This document shows, piece after piece, positions 16,217-26,197 of a stretch of 64,000 bases of DNA. How positions within the stretch are numbered: position 1 is the first letter of the stretch; the number at the start of each line of letters is the position of its first letter. The position numbers and the translations under genes were made by a program. Origin of the DNA: Candidatus Iainarchaeum sp. (GTDB taxonomy: Archaea; Iainarchaeota; Iainarchaeia; Iainarchaeales; UBA10219); NCBI GenBank assembly GCA_018304425.1, contig JAGVWE010000006.1, forward strand, positions 67,175 to 131,174, in the 5' to 3' direction. The notes under the pieces are model-generated. The model saw nothing but the letters and a program-made list of their open reading frames with translations. It did no database searches and was not told the origin of the DNA.

Positions 16217-17361
16217 TTGAGTTCGGCTTGCTTGAACAACCGGTACACCTTTTCCAGTTGGTTGGCGAGGTCCACCCAGTTCAGGCGGCTCTCAGCGGTG
16301 TCGCGCGCGTGGACGGCAACGACCTGGTTGAAGGCAGGCCTCCGCACGATTTCGTCCAAGACCTGGCCGAATTCCGCGGCGTCATGGACGAGGAAGCCGT
16401 TGCGCCGGTCTTCAAGGAAGTCGTTGACCACTCCCACCGGGTTGGCGATGATGACCTTTCCCGCGGCCAGGTATTCGCCGAGCTTGACGGGAAACCTGGA
16501 CTTGTTGGCGAGGTTGTCCTTCAAGGGCAAGGCGACGGCATCGGCTTCGGCGAGCAGCCCGGGGATTTGCTGGCGGGGCACGAAGCCGAGGAACCGCACT
16601 TTCCCCGTAACCCGCAGTTGCCGGGCGAGTTCCTCGAACTCGGCGCGGCGCGGGCCGTCTCCCACGACGAGGAGTTCGACACCCAAGGCAATGGAGTGCT
16701 TCAAGCCATGCAAGACCAGGTCCAGGTCACAGGACTTGAACAGGTGGCCAAGGAACAACAACTTGAAAGAGGTTCCGGGCAGGTGGGGGCTTGGCTGGAA
16801 GGCCTCGAGGTCGGCGCCGTTGGCGATCAGGAAGACGTGGGGCGAAAACTTTTTGGCCTCTTTTTCGAGGAAAGGGGTTACCGCGACGATGCCATCGCAG
16901 TGGCGGAGCGCGAAGCCCTGGAACCAGTCCAGGAAGCCGCGCAACGGCCAGGGGTCCTGGTCGGCGAAGCCGCCTCGGCCCTCCCAGTCATCCCAATCCA
17001 GTAACAGCCTGGCCCCGAAGAGGCGGGCCAGGAGCCAGGCCGGGATGAACGAGGAAGGCAGGGGCTTGAAGCAGTGCACGAGGTCATACCGGCGGAAGCC
17101 GTAAAGCAGTTTGAGGGGGATGCCGAGGAGGAGCGTGGGGTAGAGGCTGCCCAGCCAGGGCGTGAAGCGGGGGTTCAGCCTCGAGTGCTTGCCGGAAAGG
17201 GGAAGCGCGTTGCCCCCTGTGCGGGGGTTGCCGCCGTCGAAGAGAATAGCCACTTCGTGGCGGCGGGCCAGCTGCGAGGCCAGGCCCAGGAGGCGGGAAG
17301 CGTTGCCGCTCGCGCAGTCGGAGTAGGACACCATCAGGATTTTCATCCGGTCCAGGCTCAT
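16213..17361 (-). CDS. family 4 (GT-B) glycosyltransferase
   Basis: MKILMVSYS..., C-terminal ...GFVP...ADAVALPL..E(X7)E-like GT4 region. Confidence 0.8.
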   Translation of the reverse strand: MSLDRMKILMVSYSDCASGNASRLLGLASQLARRHEVAILFDGGNPRTGGNALPLSGKHSRLNPRFTPWLGSLYPTLLLGIPLKLLYGFRRYDLVHCFKPLPSSFIPAWLLARLFGARLLLDWDDWEGRGGFADQDPWPLRGFLDWFQGFALRHCDGIVAVTPFLEKEAKKFSPHVFLIANGADLEAFQPSPHLPGTSFKLLFLGHLFKSCDLDLVLHGLKHSIALGVELLVVGDGPRRAEFEELARQLRVTGKVRFLGFVPRQQIPGLLAEADAVALPLKDNLANKSRFPVKLGEYLAAGKVIIANPVGVVNDFLEDRRNGFLVHDAAEFGQVLDEIVRRPAFNQVVAVHARDTAESRLNWVDLANQLEKVYRLFKQAELK

Positions 17362-17873
17362 TTGAGGACCTTCAGCGTGGCGCGGATTTGGCCGGGAAAG
17401 GTGAAAAACATTTCAATCAAGTAGGGCTGCCAGGACAGGATGCCGCGGATTATTTTCCCAAGCGGGCCTTGGAGGGTGCCGAGTTCCCACACGAGTTTCA
17501 CCAGCGTGAAATTCTTTTTGCGGCCGCCCCAGTCGCAGCCCGCGTTCAGGAACTCGTCTTGGAACGCGCGGCAGCCGTAGAGGCGGGGGTGTTCGACGAA
17601 GGCGCAGCTGGCGTTGAAGTGGGGCACGATGATTTCAATCAAGGCCCCGGGCCTTGACACGCGCCAGAGTTCGCGGAGGAATTCAATCGGCTGGTCGGTG
17701 TGCTCGAAGACGTGGGAGAGCCGGAGGGCGTCGAAGGAGTTGTTGCGGAAGGGCAGGACCTGGAAGCAGTCCGCTTTCACGTCCGCATCCGCGTAGAGGT
17801 CGAGGTTCACCCAGCCCTCGCGGTAGTCTTTGTAGGAGCCTATGTTGAGTTTCATGGATAGAAACGTTATCAC
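17358..17873 (-). CDS. methyltransferase-type-11-domain protein
   Basis: MKLNIGSY...FDALRLSHVFEHT...; start may be the internal Met (17855). Confidence 0.6.
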   Translation of the reverse strand: MITFLSMKLNIGSYKDYREGWVNLDLYADADVKADCFQVLPFRNNSFDALRLSHVFEHTDQPIEFLRELWRVSRPGALIEIIVPHFNASCAFVEHPRLYGCRAFQDEFLNAGCDWGGRKKNFTLVKLVWELGTLQGPLGKIIRGILSWQPYLIEMFFTFPGQIRATLKVLK

Positions 17874-18004
17874 GGGAAAGCCTTAAAATGGTTGCATGCC
17901 GCAGCATGCCCGCTTTAACCGGGCAGGAACGCGAATCCTGTACCAAATCCATTTTAAAGCCTGCAGGGGAAATAATGTACTGACTGGGCGGGGGATGAGC
18001 CGGC

Positions 18005-18967
18005 ATGACTTCGATTGGGTTGAGTGTCATCAGCTATAACCGGAAGGACGACCTCCGCAAGGCGTTGAAGTCCGTGTTCGCGCAGTCGCGGAAGCCCGAC
18101 GAAGTGCTGGTGGTGGACAATGCTTCGGTCGATGGTGCGCCAGCGATGGTGGAAAAAGAGTTCCCCCAGGCAAGGCTCCTGCGGCTGGAAAAGAACCTGG
18201 GCTTGTGCGGGGGGGCGAACGTGGCCTTCGAGGCCTTGCACACCGACCTCGTGGGCATCGTGGAAAGCGACACGGTTTTGTCGGGGAACTGGGTGGAAGA
18301 AGTCGTGAGAGACTTCGAAGCCAGGGGCCATGAACGCGTGGGCATCGTGTGCCCAAAGTACATTCAGCGGCTGCCATCAGGCTGCGTGGACGTGGAGATT
18401 CCTCCCAAGGAAAACGGCTCGATTTCCCACACGAATGGCATCTTCGCCATCCACAAAAAGGTGTTTGAGGGAAAGAAGGAGAAACTGTACTCGGAGCCGT
18501 ACGAGATGTACGCCCAGGAGTTTGACTTGAGCGCGCGGGTCTTCAACCAGGGTTACTGGATCAAGCGGAACCTGGCTGCGGCAACCTATCACAACGTTCG
18601 AAACGACGCGGCACGCGCACCCAGCGAGTGGGTGTTCAAGAACCAGTTCCGGAACAACCTCTGGAGCCTGTGGCGGTTTTACTCCAAGCGGAACATCCTG
18701 GCGTTCACCCTGCCCTTCTTGGTTTACTTCCTGTTTTACGTGAAAAGCCCCTGGATTTGGCTGTGCGGCCTGGCCGAGGCCTTGGCCGGCCTGCCCTGGT
18801 GCATGGCCACGCGCAAGGTGCCGGCCAGCGGGGAACACGCCTTCTATAGAAGCATTTTAGCCAATTTAAGCCATATCCGGGCCATGCGACACTATGGGTA
18901 TGGCTCCAGGCCCCAGGAAAAATACCATTACCTGGACGAAAAAACGTTGCCGGAGGCCGCTGCATGA
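18005..18967 (+). CDS. family 2 glycosyltransferase
   Basis: GLSVISYNRKDDL...VLVVDNASVDG...LEKNLGLCGGAN. Confidence 0.8.
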   Translation: MTSIGLSVISYNRKDDLRKALKSVFAQSRKPDEVLVVDNASVDGAPAMVEKEFPQARLLRLEKNLGLCGGANVAFEALHTDLVGIVESDTVLSGNWVEEVVRDFEARGHERVGIVCPKYIQRLPSGCVDVEIPPKENGSISHTNGIFAIHKKVFEGKKEKLYSEPYEMYAQEFDLSARVFNQGYWIKRNLAAATYHNVRNDAARAPSEWVFKNQFRNNLWSLWRFYSKRNILAFTLPFLVYFLFYVKSPWIWLCGLAEALAGLPWCMATRKVPASGEHAFYRSILANLSHIRAMRHYGYGSRPQEKYHYLDEKTLPEAAA

Positions 18968-19896
18968 TGGCTACGTGGAGAGCACTGGGTGAAACCCAAA
19001 AAGCATTGGTCTTGGGGGCTATGGTGGTCCTGGTGCGGGCGGCTTACCTTGCCTTGTTCCCGGAGAACGCCTTGACCGACTACCAGTTCCACTTGCAGGT
19101 GGTGCAAGACATCCATGCCGGCGTGAACGTGTACGGCTACATGCCTACTCCGTTGTTCCACGTGCTGGGCGCGCTGGTTTTCTTCGGGCAGGAGCGCTTA
19201 TACCTGCTGCTGATCAACCTGTTCTATGTTTTCGCAGCGTACCGGTTTGCCGGGACGCTGCCCAACCGGTGGCTGGGCTTCTCCTTGATTGCCTTGAACC
19301 CGGTTTCCCTGATTTATGGCGTGAGCTTTTACCCTGATTTGTTGGCTGCCGCCTTCGTGCTGTTGGCCGGTTCTCTCGTCAATGCCGGAAAGCGGTGGGC
19401 GGTGGTGCCGGCGCTGGCCGCGGCCTTCACGAAGGTCAACGCCGCCGCGGCCACTGCGCCGTACCTGCTCTGGTGCGCGGCCCGCTCCGGGTTGCTCGAG
19501 AAAAAAAACCGGCTGGTGCTGGCCGCACTGGGCCTGGCCTTCCTCGGCGGCTTCCTCTACCTTGCCACGCTCGTGACCGGGAACTTGCTCCAGCCCTCGT
19601 GGAGAAACCTCTCCATCACGCTGCCCTTGTCGGCGTACTTCCTGCTGCCTGCCCTGCTGGCGCGGCGCACGCGCACGAACCTGGCTGGCTTCGCCGTCCT
19701 GGCCGGGTTCTCGGCGTACATGTTCGCCTCAAGCCTGGTCATCGAGGCCCGGTATCTCCTGCCCTTCCTGCCCTACGTCTACCCGTTGCCAAGGCTGGAA
19801 GGACGCAAGAAACAAGCCCTGCTGGTGCACGGCCTCCTCGGCTTTTTGGGCGCCCTGCTGTTCCTAGGGCATTTCAGGGCCAAGCTGGGAGCATGA
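18964..19896 (+). CDS. polytopic membrane protein (GT-C/DUF2029-like)
   Basis: 310 aa, ~9 hydrophobic helices; start overlaps preceding GT2 stop. Confidence 0.5.
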   Translation: MMATWRALGETQKALVLGAMVVLVRAAYLALFPENALTDYQFHLQVVQDIHAGVNVYGYMPTPLFHVLGALVFFGQERLYLLLINLFYVFAAYRFAGTLPNRWLGFSLIALNPVSLIYGVSFYPDLLAAAFVLLAGSLVNAGKRWAVVPALAAAFTKVNAAAATAPYLLWCAARSGLLEKKNRLVLAALGLAFLGGFLYLATLVTGNLLQPSWRNLSITLPLSAYFLLPALLARRTRTNLAGFAVLAGFSAYMFASSLVIEARYLLPFLPYVYPLPRLEGRKKQALLVHGLLGFLGALLFLGHFRAKLGA

Positions 19897-19980
19897 AAGG
19901 ACGAGTAGCGACTTGTTTTCGGCGAGCAATCCAAACCAATAAATAGGTGAATTGTATAAGTATATACAAGTGGTGAAGGC

Positions 19981-20247
19981 GTGAACTCCTTGGAAACAAC
20001 CCTGCATTTTCCGCGGTTGGACACCGTGCTCATGGTGGAGCAGGCCATCCAGGACGCGGAAGACTATCCCAGCCGCATGAAGCTGTGGAAGAGCCTTCCC
20101 AAGCAGGTCCAGTACCAGACCTTCAAACTGATCCTGGAATACCTGGAAAAATCCCATAAAATCGTTTTCACCAAAGACAACAAGGTCATGTGGATTGCTA
20201 CGAACCCCACACTCGACGCACTCGTCGACAAGGGGAAGGAATACTGA
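19981..20247 (+). CDS. small protein, putative antitoxin partner
   Basis: 88 aa; stop abuts the start of a RelE/ParE-like ORF; lower GC. Confidence 0.3.
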   Translation: MNSLETTLHFPRLDTVLMVEQAIQDAEDYPSRMKLWKSLPKQVQYQTFKLILEYLEKSHKIVFTKDNKVMWIATNPTLDALVDKGKEY

Positions 20248-20592
20248 TTGTATCGCACCAAGGGCATCCCGGAATTCGACCGTTACTGCGAGGAACTCGA
20301 CAGGCAAGCTATGGACGGGAACGGTGAAGAAAAGTATTTAGTCAAGATAATCGGCAACGGCATCGCGAAACTGAGATTCGACTTCAAGTACGGCGACCAC
20401 ATCCCGCGAAACCGGATTCCACGCGAATACTTCGACAAATACCAGGTCAACAACCTGTGGAAACTCAACCTCGACTCCAACTGGCGGCTGGTTTACACCA
20501 TGCGGGGAACCAAGGAAGACGTGATGTCCCTGTTGATCGAAGTCCTCGACCACAAAGCCCATGACCGGAAATTCGGCTACCATGCCGGTTGA
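20248..20592 (+). CDS. RelE/ParE-superfamily toxin-like protein
   Basis: LWKLNLDSNWRLVYTM resembles the RelE/YoeB C-terminal motif; 114 aa. Confidence 0.4.
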   Translation: MYRTKGIPEFDRYCEELDRQAMDGNGEEKYLVKIIGNGIAKLRFDFKYGDHIPRNRIPREYFDKYQVNNLWKLNLDSNWRLVYTMRGTKEDVMSLLIEVLDHKAHDRKFGYHAG

Positions 20593-20614
20593 AGCCGTTG
20601 ACCTCCTCCCGACC

Positions 20615-21430
20615 CTAATCCCCGCGGTTCGCCCCGAACAGTTCCTCGTACCACGCGAACCAGAAGGCCGTGAAGAGGAACGCGAATTTCTTGAACTGCA
20701 GCCAGGAAAGCGGGTAAAAGATGTTGTAGGCCGCCCTCGCAATCCAGTGCAGGTTATGGTATTTCCGGATGAGCTGCACGTATCCCCGGCTTCCCCGCAG
20801 GCACTGCTTCCAGAGGCTCTGGTTGGCCCCCGACTTTTCCAGGGGACCAAAGTGCCAGACTTTCGCGTCTCTGCAGCCAAAGACCGGGTACTTGCCGCGC
20901 AAGCGGTAGCCCAGCTCGACGTCATCCCAGTAAATGTCTTCCACGAACGGGTTCTTTTCCAGGACCTCACGGTGGAAGGCCGCATTACAACAGTTGATGA
21001 ACTCGCCTCGTTCGGCGAGGCCCGAGGCGAAGATGCCGCGCTCACTGCCGTCCTGGGAGTGAATCAGGACCTGGCCCTGCATGACCTTGGCTTCCGGGTG
21101 CGAGGCAAAAAAGCGGTGGATGGCCTCAATCCAGTCCGGTCTGGGCTCGGCATCGAAGTCCGTGAACGCCACGATTTCCCTGGAACTGTGCTGGACTCCG
21201 ATGTTGCGCTTGAAGCCCGCGTTGTCCCGCCCCGGGGGAGGAAGGGCTTTCACGATTTGGTCGACGAACGGCTCCGCGATTTCCGGCATGCGGTCCGTGA
21301 AGGCGTCCACGAGGATGACTTCCTCGGGTTTACGGGTCTGCCGCTGCAAGGCCTTGAAGAAGGCAGGGGCATGCCGTTCCTCGTTCCGGGAAACCAGTAT
21401 AAGGCTGATGCCGGGTGCATGGACGGGCAT
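20615..21430 (-). CDS. family 2 glycosyltransferase
   Basis: ISLILVSRNEE...VILVDAFTD...AFTDFDAEP. Confidence 0.75.
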   Translation of the reverse strand: MPVHAPGISLILVSRNEERHAPAFFKALQRQTRKPEEVILVDAFTDRMPEIAEPFVDQIVKALPPPGRDNAGFKRNIGVQHSSREIVAFTDFDAEPRPDWIEAIHRFFASHPEAKVMQGQVLIHSQDGSERGIFASGLAERGEFINCCNAAFHREVLEKNPFVEDIYWDDVELGYRLRGKYPVFGCRDAKVWHFGPLEKSGANQSLWKQCLRGSRGYVQLIRKYHNLHWIARAAYNIFYPLSWLQFKKFAFLFTAFWFAWYEELFGANRGD

Positions 21431-21483
21431 TACGCTAATGGGCTTGAAAACCTTTAAAAACAGTAAGAGACAGCCTATTATCC

Positions 21484-22197
21484 ATGGGCCTATCCATGGA
21501 CCTGCAAACCCTGATTCTCTGCGGGGGGAAGGGCACCCGCATGGGCCCCTCGAATGGCTCGCCCAAGCACATGCTGGAAGTCGGCGGCAAGCCCGTGCTC
21601 TGGCACCTCATGAAATCCTATGCCCACCACGGCTTCAAGGACTTCGTGCTCTGCCTGGGGTATAGGGGAGAGGCCATCCGCAGGTATTTCAGGCATGAAC
21701 GGCAGTGGAACATCGAATTCGTGGACACGGGCCTGGAAACGAACACAGGCGGCAGGGTGAAACGGGCCAGGCCCTACATCGAGGGCGAAAATTTTTTCTG
21801 CACGTATGGGGACGGCTTGTCCGACGTGGACCCCGGAAAACTGCTGGCCTTCCACTTGCGGCATGGAAGAACCGCGACCGTGACCGCCGTGCGGCCGGCC
21901 AGCCAGTTCGGCTTGCTGGAAATCAACGGCCGAAACCACGTTACCGAGTTCGTGGAAAAGCCGGTGCTCGACCACTGGATCAACGGCGGCTTCTTCGTCT
22001 TCGGCAAAAAGGTCTTCAAGTACATCCAGGACAACGAGGTGCTGGAGCGGCAGCCCTTTGAGCGGCTGACCCAGAAGAAGGAGATGATGGCGTTCAAGCA
22101 CAAGGGATTCTGGGAGTGCATGGACACCTTCAAGGACTACATGAAGCTGAACAGCTTGTGGGAAACCGGGAAAGCCAAGTGGAAGGTGTGGCCGTAG
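21484..22197 (+). CDS. rfbF: glucose-1-phosphate cytidylyltransferase
   Basis: LILCGGKGTRMGP...KHML, ...TGGRV..., characteristic RfbF/DdhA length and C-terminal motifs (FWECMDTFKD). Confidence 0.85.
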   Translation: MGLSMDLQTLILCGGKGTRMGPSNGSPKHMLEVGGKPVLWHLMKSYAHHGFKDFVLCLGYRGEAIRRYFRHERQWNIEFVDTGLETNTGGRVKRARPYIEGENFFCTYGDGLSDVDPGKLLAFHLRHGRTATVTAVRPASQFGLLEINGRNHVTEFVEKPVLDHWINGGFFVFGKKVFKYIQDNEVLERQPFERLTQKKEMMAFKHKGFWECMDTFKDYMKLNSLWETGKAKWKVWP

Positions 22198-23169
22198 ATG
22201 GCCGGGAAAAACTTCTGGCAAGGACGACAGGTGCTGGTCACGGGAGCGGACGGCTTCATCGGCAGTTGGGTGGCCAAGGGCCTCCTCGAACAAGGCGCCC
22301 AGGTGCGAACCATCGTGCGGCAGCCCGGGCTTGCCTGCTCCATGGATGCCCTGGGCATCCGGGAAAAGCTGGACGTGAAACCCGGCGACATCACCGACTA
22401 CAAGGCCGTGGAAACGGCTTTTAACGGGGTTGACAGCTGTTTTCACCTGGCGGCCCAGGCCTTCGTCGAGCAAGCCAACAGGAACCCCCTGCCGACCTTC
22501 GAGTCCAACATCAAGGGCACGTGGAACATCCTCGAAGCGGCAAGGAAGGGAGCCGGCGTGGAACGGGTCATCGTGGCCTCCTCGGACAAGGCCTATGGCG
22601 TGCAGAAAAAGCTGCCCTACACCGAGGACAGTCCCCTCCTGGGAAGGTTCCCCTATGACGCCTCCAAGGCCTGCGCGGACGTACTCGCGCAAGGCTATGC
22701 CACCAGCTATGGCTTGCCGGTCTCGATCACGCGGAACGCCAACACCTTTGGGGGCGCCGACCTGAACCTGAGCCGCATCGTGCCCGGCGTAATCAAGTGG
22801 GTGCTGCACAACGAGGTTCCAGTCATCCGCAGCGATGGCAAACCAAAGCGCGACTACGTGTACGTCAAGGACATCGCGAACGCGTACCTGCTCCTGGGAG
22901 AAAACCTGCACCGCCGGGAAGTCCGGGGGAACGCTTTCAACTTCGGCTCGGGAAAGCCAGTGAGCGTGCTGGAGTTGTTCACGCGCATCATCCGCTTGTG
23001 CGGCAAGAAAGTCAAACCCCACATCCTCAACGAGGCGAGAAACGAAATCCCCGCGCAGTGGCTCTCCAACCGGAAGGCAAAGAAAGTGCTGGGCTGGAAA
23101 CCCCGTTACTCCCTTGACCAGGGGCTGCGGGAAACCATTGACTGGTACAAGGCCTATTACCGGTTGTGA
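22198..23169 (+). CDS. rfbG: CDP-glucose 4,6-dehydratase
   Basis: FWQGRQVLVTGADGFIGSW N-terminus typical of RfbG/DdhB; YDASKACAD (YxxxK); immediately follows rfbF. Confidence 0.8.
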   Translation: MAGKNFWQGRQVLVTGADGFIGSWVAKGLLEQGAQVRTIVRQPGLACSMDALGIREKLDVKPGDITDYKAVETAFNGVDSCFHLAAQAFVEQANRNPLPTFESNIKGTWNILEAARKGAGVERVIVASSDKAYGVQKKLPYTEDSPLLGRFPYDASKACADVLAQGYATSYGLPVSITRNANTFGGADLNLSRIVPGVIKWVLHNEVPVIRSDGKPKRDYVYVKDIANAYLLLGENLHRREVRGNAFNFGSGKPVSVLELFTRIIRLCGKKVKPHILNEARNEIPAQWLSNRKAKKVLGWKPRYSLDQGLRETIDWYKAYYRL

Positions 23170-23184
23170 AACGCATCCCGCCGG

Positions 23185-24117
23185 CTAGCGGCGGTAGCGC
23201 AGCTTCCATCCTGTCTTGGTGTCGGCCTGGCTGAAGGCCGCGGCCGCCATGGCCAGGCCTGCCAGCACCCACCACCAGAAAAAGCCGAGAATTGCTTTGA
23301 ACCGATGGACGCGGGGCAACTGGCTCAAGCCATACCCGAACAACGGCCCATAGAAACCGGCCAGGCTCGCCTTATACTGGCCGTATAACTGGTTCACTTG
23401 GCGTTTGGCGAGGAAGCCGCGCTTGCGTTGTCGGAAGTAATCCATCCACCCAATGCGTTCCCAGCAGACCTTGAAGTAGGGCCGGCTTTCGGGCTCGAAG
23501 GTGAGGACGTCGAAGCCGTTGGCCTGGAGCTGGTACAAGCGCTCCGCGTCATCGGCCAGGGTTTGCTGCGCGCCGATGGCGCTCTTGCGGAAAAAGTTCA
23601 CGAAGAACGGATAGGCCGGGTTGGGGCTGACCACGTCCTTGCCCGCGCGCTTTTCGACGAAACGCCGGTAGCGGAACTCGGCGAGGAACAGGGTGTTCCA
23701 GGCATCCCCCAAAAAAAGAAGGTCCTTGTTCTCCCGCATGCGTTGCGGGGTGTAGGTCGTGGAATACCAGTCGCCGAGGCCCCCACATTTTGGGTCGGCG
23801 AAAAGCGTTACCAGTTTCCGGAACTCCTCCGCCGAGCAGTCGAACACCCAGTCGGCGTCGTGCACGCAAACGATTTCGTGCCGGGCCAGGGACACCAGTT
23901 TCTCCATGACCTGGTGCTTGCCTTGCCGCTCGCGGAAAACCACCGTGTCAGCGAAGGAAAAGCCGCGCACGATTTCTTCGGTGCCATCCGTGCAGCCGTC
24001 CAGGCCCACCAGGACCTGGAGGGAGGGAACGCTTTCCCGCAGCTGCGCGAGGCGGCGCAGGGCGTGGGCGATTATTTTTTCCTCGTTGTGCGCGGGAATA
24101 AGGAAGCTGACGCTCAT
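23185..24117 (-). CDS. family 2 glycosyltransferase with C-terminal TM region
   Basis: SFLIPAHNEE...LVGLDGCTDGT...VHDADW. Confidence 0.7.
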   Translation of the reverse strand: MSVSFLIPAHNEEKIIAHALRRLAQLRESVPSLQVLVGLDGCTDGTEEIVRGFSFADTVVFRERQGKHQVMEKLVSLARHEIVCVHDADWVFDCSAEEFRKLVTLFADPKCGGLGDWYSTTYTPQRMRENKDLLFLGDAWNTLFLAEFRYRRFVEKRAGKDVVSPNPAYPFFVNFFRKSAIGAQQTLADDAERLYQLQANGFDVLTFEPESRPYFKVCWERIGWMDYFRQRKRGFLAKRQVNQLYGQYKASLAGFYGPLFGYGLSQLPRVHRFKAILGFFWWWVLAGLAMAAAAFSQADTKTGWKLRYRR

Positions 24118-24665
24118 TTTCCTTCACGTCCCACGATCCAGGCAACGGCGGCCGGCAAATCCGCGCACTCGAAGTCGGCCCTGGCTTCGGCCTGACAATC
24201 CAGGCCAGCGTGCCCGGTCGCCTCTTTTCCGGCCAGGATGTCGCGGGCCATGTCCCCCACCAGATAGGAAGCCCGTAAATCGAGGTCATGCGCCTTGGCT
24301 GCCTGTTTTAGCATGCCTGGCTTGGGTTTGCGGCAATCGCAGTCCAACCGGTATGCTTCGACTTCGGCCAGGGTGGAGTGCGGGCAGTAGTAGAAGCCAT
24401 CGATTTTCCCGCCCTCCCCTGCCACCAGCTTCCGGAGGCGGTCGTTGATGGCCCTTACCTCTTTTTCCGTGCACAGGCCGCGCGCCACCACGGGCTGATT
24501 CGAGACGACCAGCACCTTGAAACCGGACTTATTGAGGACGGCAATGGCTTTGCCTGCGCCGGGCAGCAGCCGGAGCGCGGCCGGCTCGTGGAGGAGGTGG
24601 ACTTCCTCGTTGATGGTGCCATCGCGGTCCAGGAAAACAGCGCGATTCAAGACGGCGCGGTTCAT
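24114..24665 (-). CDS. gmhB: D-glycero-D-manno-heptose 1,7-bisphosphate phosphatase (HAD-IIIA)
   Basis: AVFLDRDGTIN motif I, SNQ, CDCRKPKPGML Zn-binding/motif III region. Confidence 0.8.
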   Translation of the reverse strand: MNRAVLNRAVFLDRDGTINEEVHLLHEPAALRLLPGAGKAIAVLNKSGFKVLVVSNQPVVARGLCTEKEVRAINDRLRKLVAGEGGKIDGFYYCPHSTLAEVEAYRLDCDCRKPKPGMLKQAAKAHDLDLRASYLVGDMARDILAGKEATGHAGLDCQAEARADFECADLPAAVAWIVGREGK

Positions 24666-25220
24666 CTACATCAATTCCCTGATGCGTTGCATCATCAGGT
24701 GGTCCAGCACCAGGTGCAGGTCCTCGCAGGGGCCGTACTCGTGGCTGGGCACGACGATGCTCAGGTCGGCCAACGGCTTCAACTTGCCGCCGCCGAAACC
24801 GGTCCAGGCGACGGTCTTCGCGCCCCGTTCCTTGGCGTACTCCACGGCTTTCAAGACGTTGGGGCTGTTGCCGGACGCCGAAATCGCGAGGACCACGTCC
24901 CCTTTTTGCAGGAAATTCTTCAAGGGCTCGACGAAAATGTCTTCATAGCTTGAATCGTTGCCCCACGCGGTCATCAGGGGAACGTTGTCGTTCAGGCAGA
25001 TGGCCTTGAAGCGCGGCTTGCCGGGGAGGAGGCAGCCCTTGTTCAAGTCGTTGGCGACGTGGGAGGCGGTGGCCGCGCTGCCTCCGTTGCCGAAGACGAA
25101 GACCTGGTGGCCTGCCTGGCAGGCCTGCAGCAGGGCCTGGATGCAGGCATCGATGTCCTTGCAGGGCAGGCCGTCGATGACCTTTTTCAGGTTCTCTAAA
25201 TAGGCTTGGGTTGAAACCAT
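24666..25220 (-). CDS. gmhA: phosphoheptose (sedoheptulose-7-phosphate) isomerase, SIS domain
   Basis: VFGNGGSAATASH, ISASGNSPNV SIS motifs. Confidence 0.85.
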   Translation of the reverse strand: MVSTQAYLENLKKVIDGLPCKDIDACIQALLQACQAGHQVFVFGNGGSAATASHVANDLNKGCLLPGKPRFKAICLNDNVPLMTAWGNDSSYEDIFVEPLKNFLQKGDVVLAISASGNSPNVLKAVEYAKERGAKTVAWTGFGGGKLKPLADLSIVVPSHEYGPCEDLHLVLDHLMMQRIRELM

Positions 25221-25222
25221 GT

Positions 25223-26197
25223 TCAGTCCTCCTCGTAGACGATGCGGCTCCCCCCTTCTTCCAGGGAGAACGGCGTTTCCTTCAACGGCCTTAACGCCTG
25301 CCGCAAGGCGTTTTGCCGGCGTTTCTCACAGTAGAAGGCCAGGAAGCCCCCGTTGCCCGAGCCACAGATTTTGCCGCCCACCGCGCCGGCCTTGAGGGCC
25401 CGGGCATAGTATTGGTCAATCAAGGGGTTGGAGACGTTGGCGGCCAGCCGCTTCTTGAGCAGCCAGTTCTTGTGCAAGAGGTTCCCGAACCGCGTGAGGT
25501 CATCGGCGTGCAATGCATCATAGGCGTCGTAGGCCAGCGCCTTCAGGAGGTGCAGGAACACGAGGTTTTTCTTCGTGTTCTTTTTCTGTTTGGCGAGCAC
25601 GCTCTTGGAGTCGCGGGTGAGGCCGGTGAAGAAGAGCAGGAGGTTCGCGTCGAGTTCGCGCAGGGAGTTCTTCGAGCAGCGCACGGGATGCACGGAAACC
25701 GTTTCATCGGGGTTGAATTCGAAGAGGTTGAGGCCGCCGAAGGCCGCGGCGTACTGGTCCTGCTTGCCGATGGGTTCGCGGAGCAGGCCGATTTCGACGT
25801 GGCATGCCTGTTCGGCGAGGGACCGCGCTGGCTTTTTTTTCCCCTGGTAGGCGTGCAGGACGTTGAGGAGGCCCACGGCGAAGGAGCTGCTGCTGCCCAG
25901 GCCCGAGCCCTTGCTGGGGATGTCGGCCAGGGAAAGCAGTTCGATGCCGGAGTCGATGCCCGCGGCCTTCATGCAGGCGTTGAACAACGGGTGCCTGACC
26001 TGCTGGCGCCGGTCGATGATTTCGGTCTGCGAGTACCCGAGGCGGATGCCTTTCTCGAAGCGCTTGTTGGCGATGAGGTAAACGTATTGGTCGATGGCCG
26101 TGCTCAGGACCGCGCCGCCGTGCCTCGCGTAATAGTCTTTGAAGTCGGTGCCGCCACCGCAAAAGCTTATCCTCAAGGGCGTCCTACTGGCGATCAA
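25223..26197 (-). CDS. hddA: D-glycero-alpha-D-manno-heptose 7-phosphate kinase (GHMP kinase)
   Basis: RTPLRISFCGGGTD N-terminus, PSKGSGLGSSSSFAVG GHMP ATP-binding motif. Confidence 0.8.
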   Translation of the reverse strand: MIASRTPLRISFCGGGTDFKDYYARHGGAVLSTAIDQYVYLIANKRFEKGIRLGYSQTEIIDRRQQVRHPLFNACMKAAGIDSGIELLSLADIPSKGSGLGSSSSFAVGLLNVLHAYQGKKKPARSLAEQACHVEIGLLREPIGKQDQYAAAFGGLNLFEFNPDETVSVHPVRCSKNSLRELDANLLLFFTGLTRDSKSVLAKQKKNTKKNLVFLHLLKALAYDAYDALHADDLTRFGNLLHKNWLLKKRLAANVSNPLIDQYYARALKAGAVGGKICGSGNGGFLAFYCEKRRQNALRQALRPLKETPFSLEEGGSRIVYEED

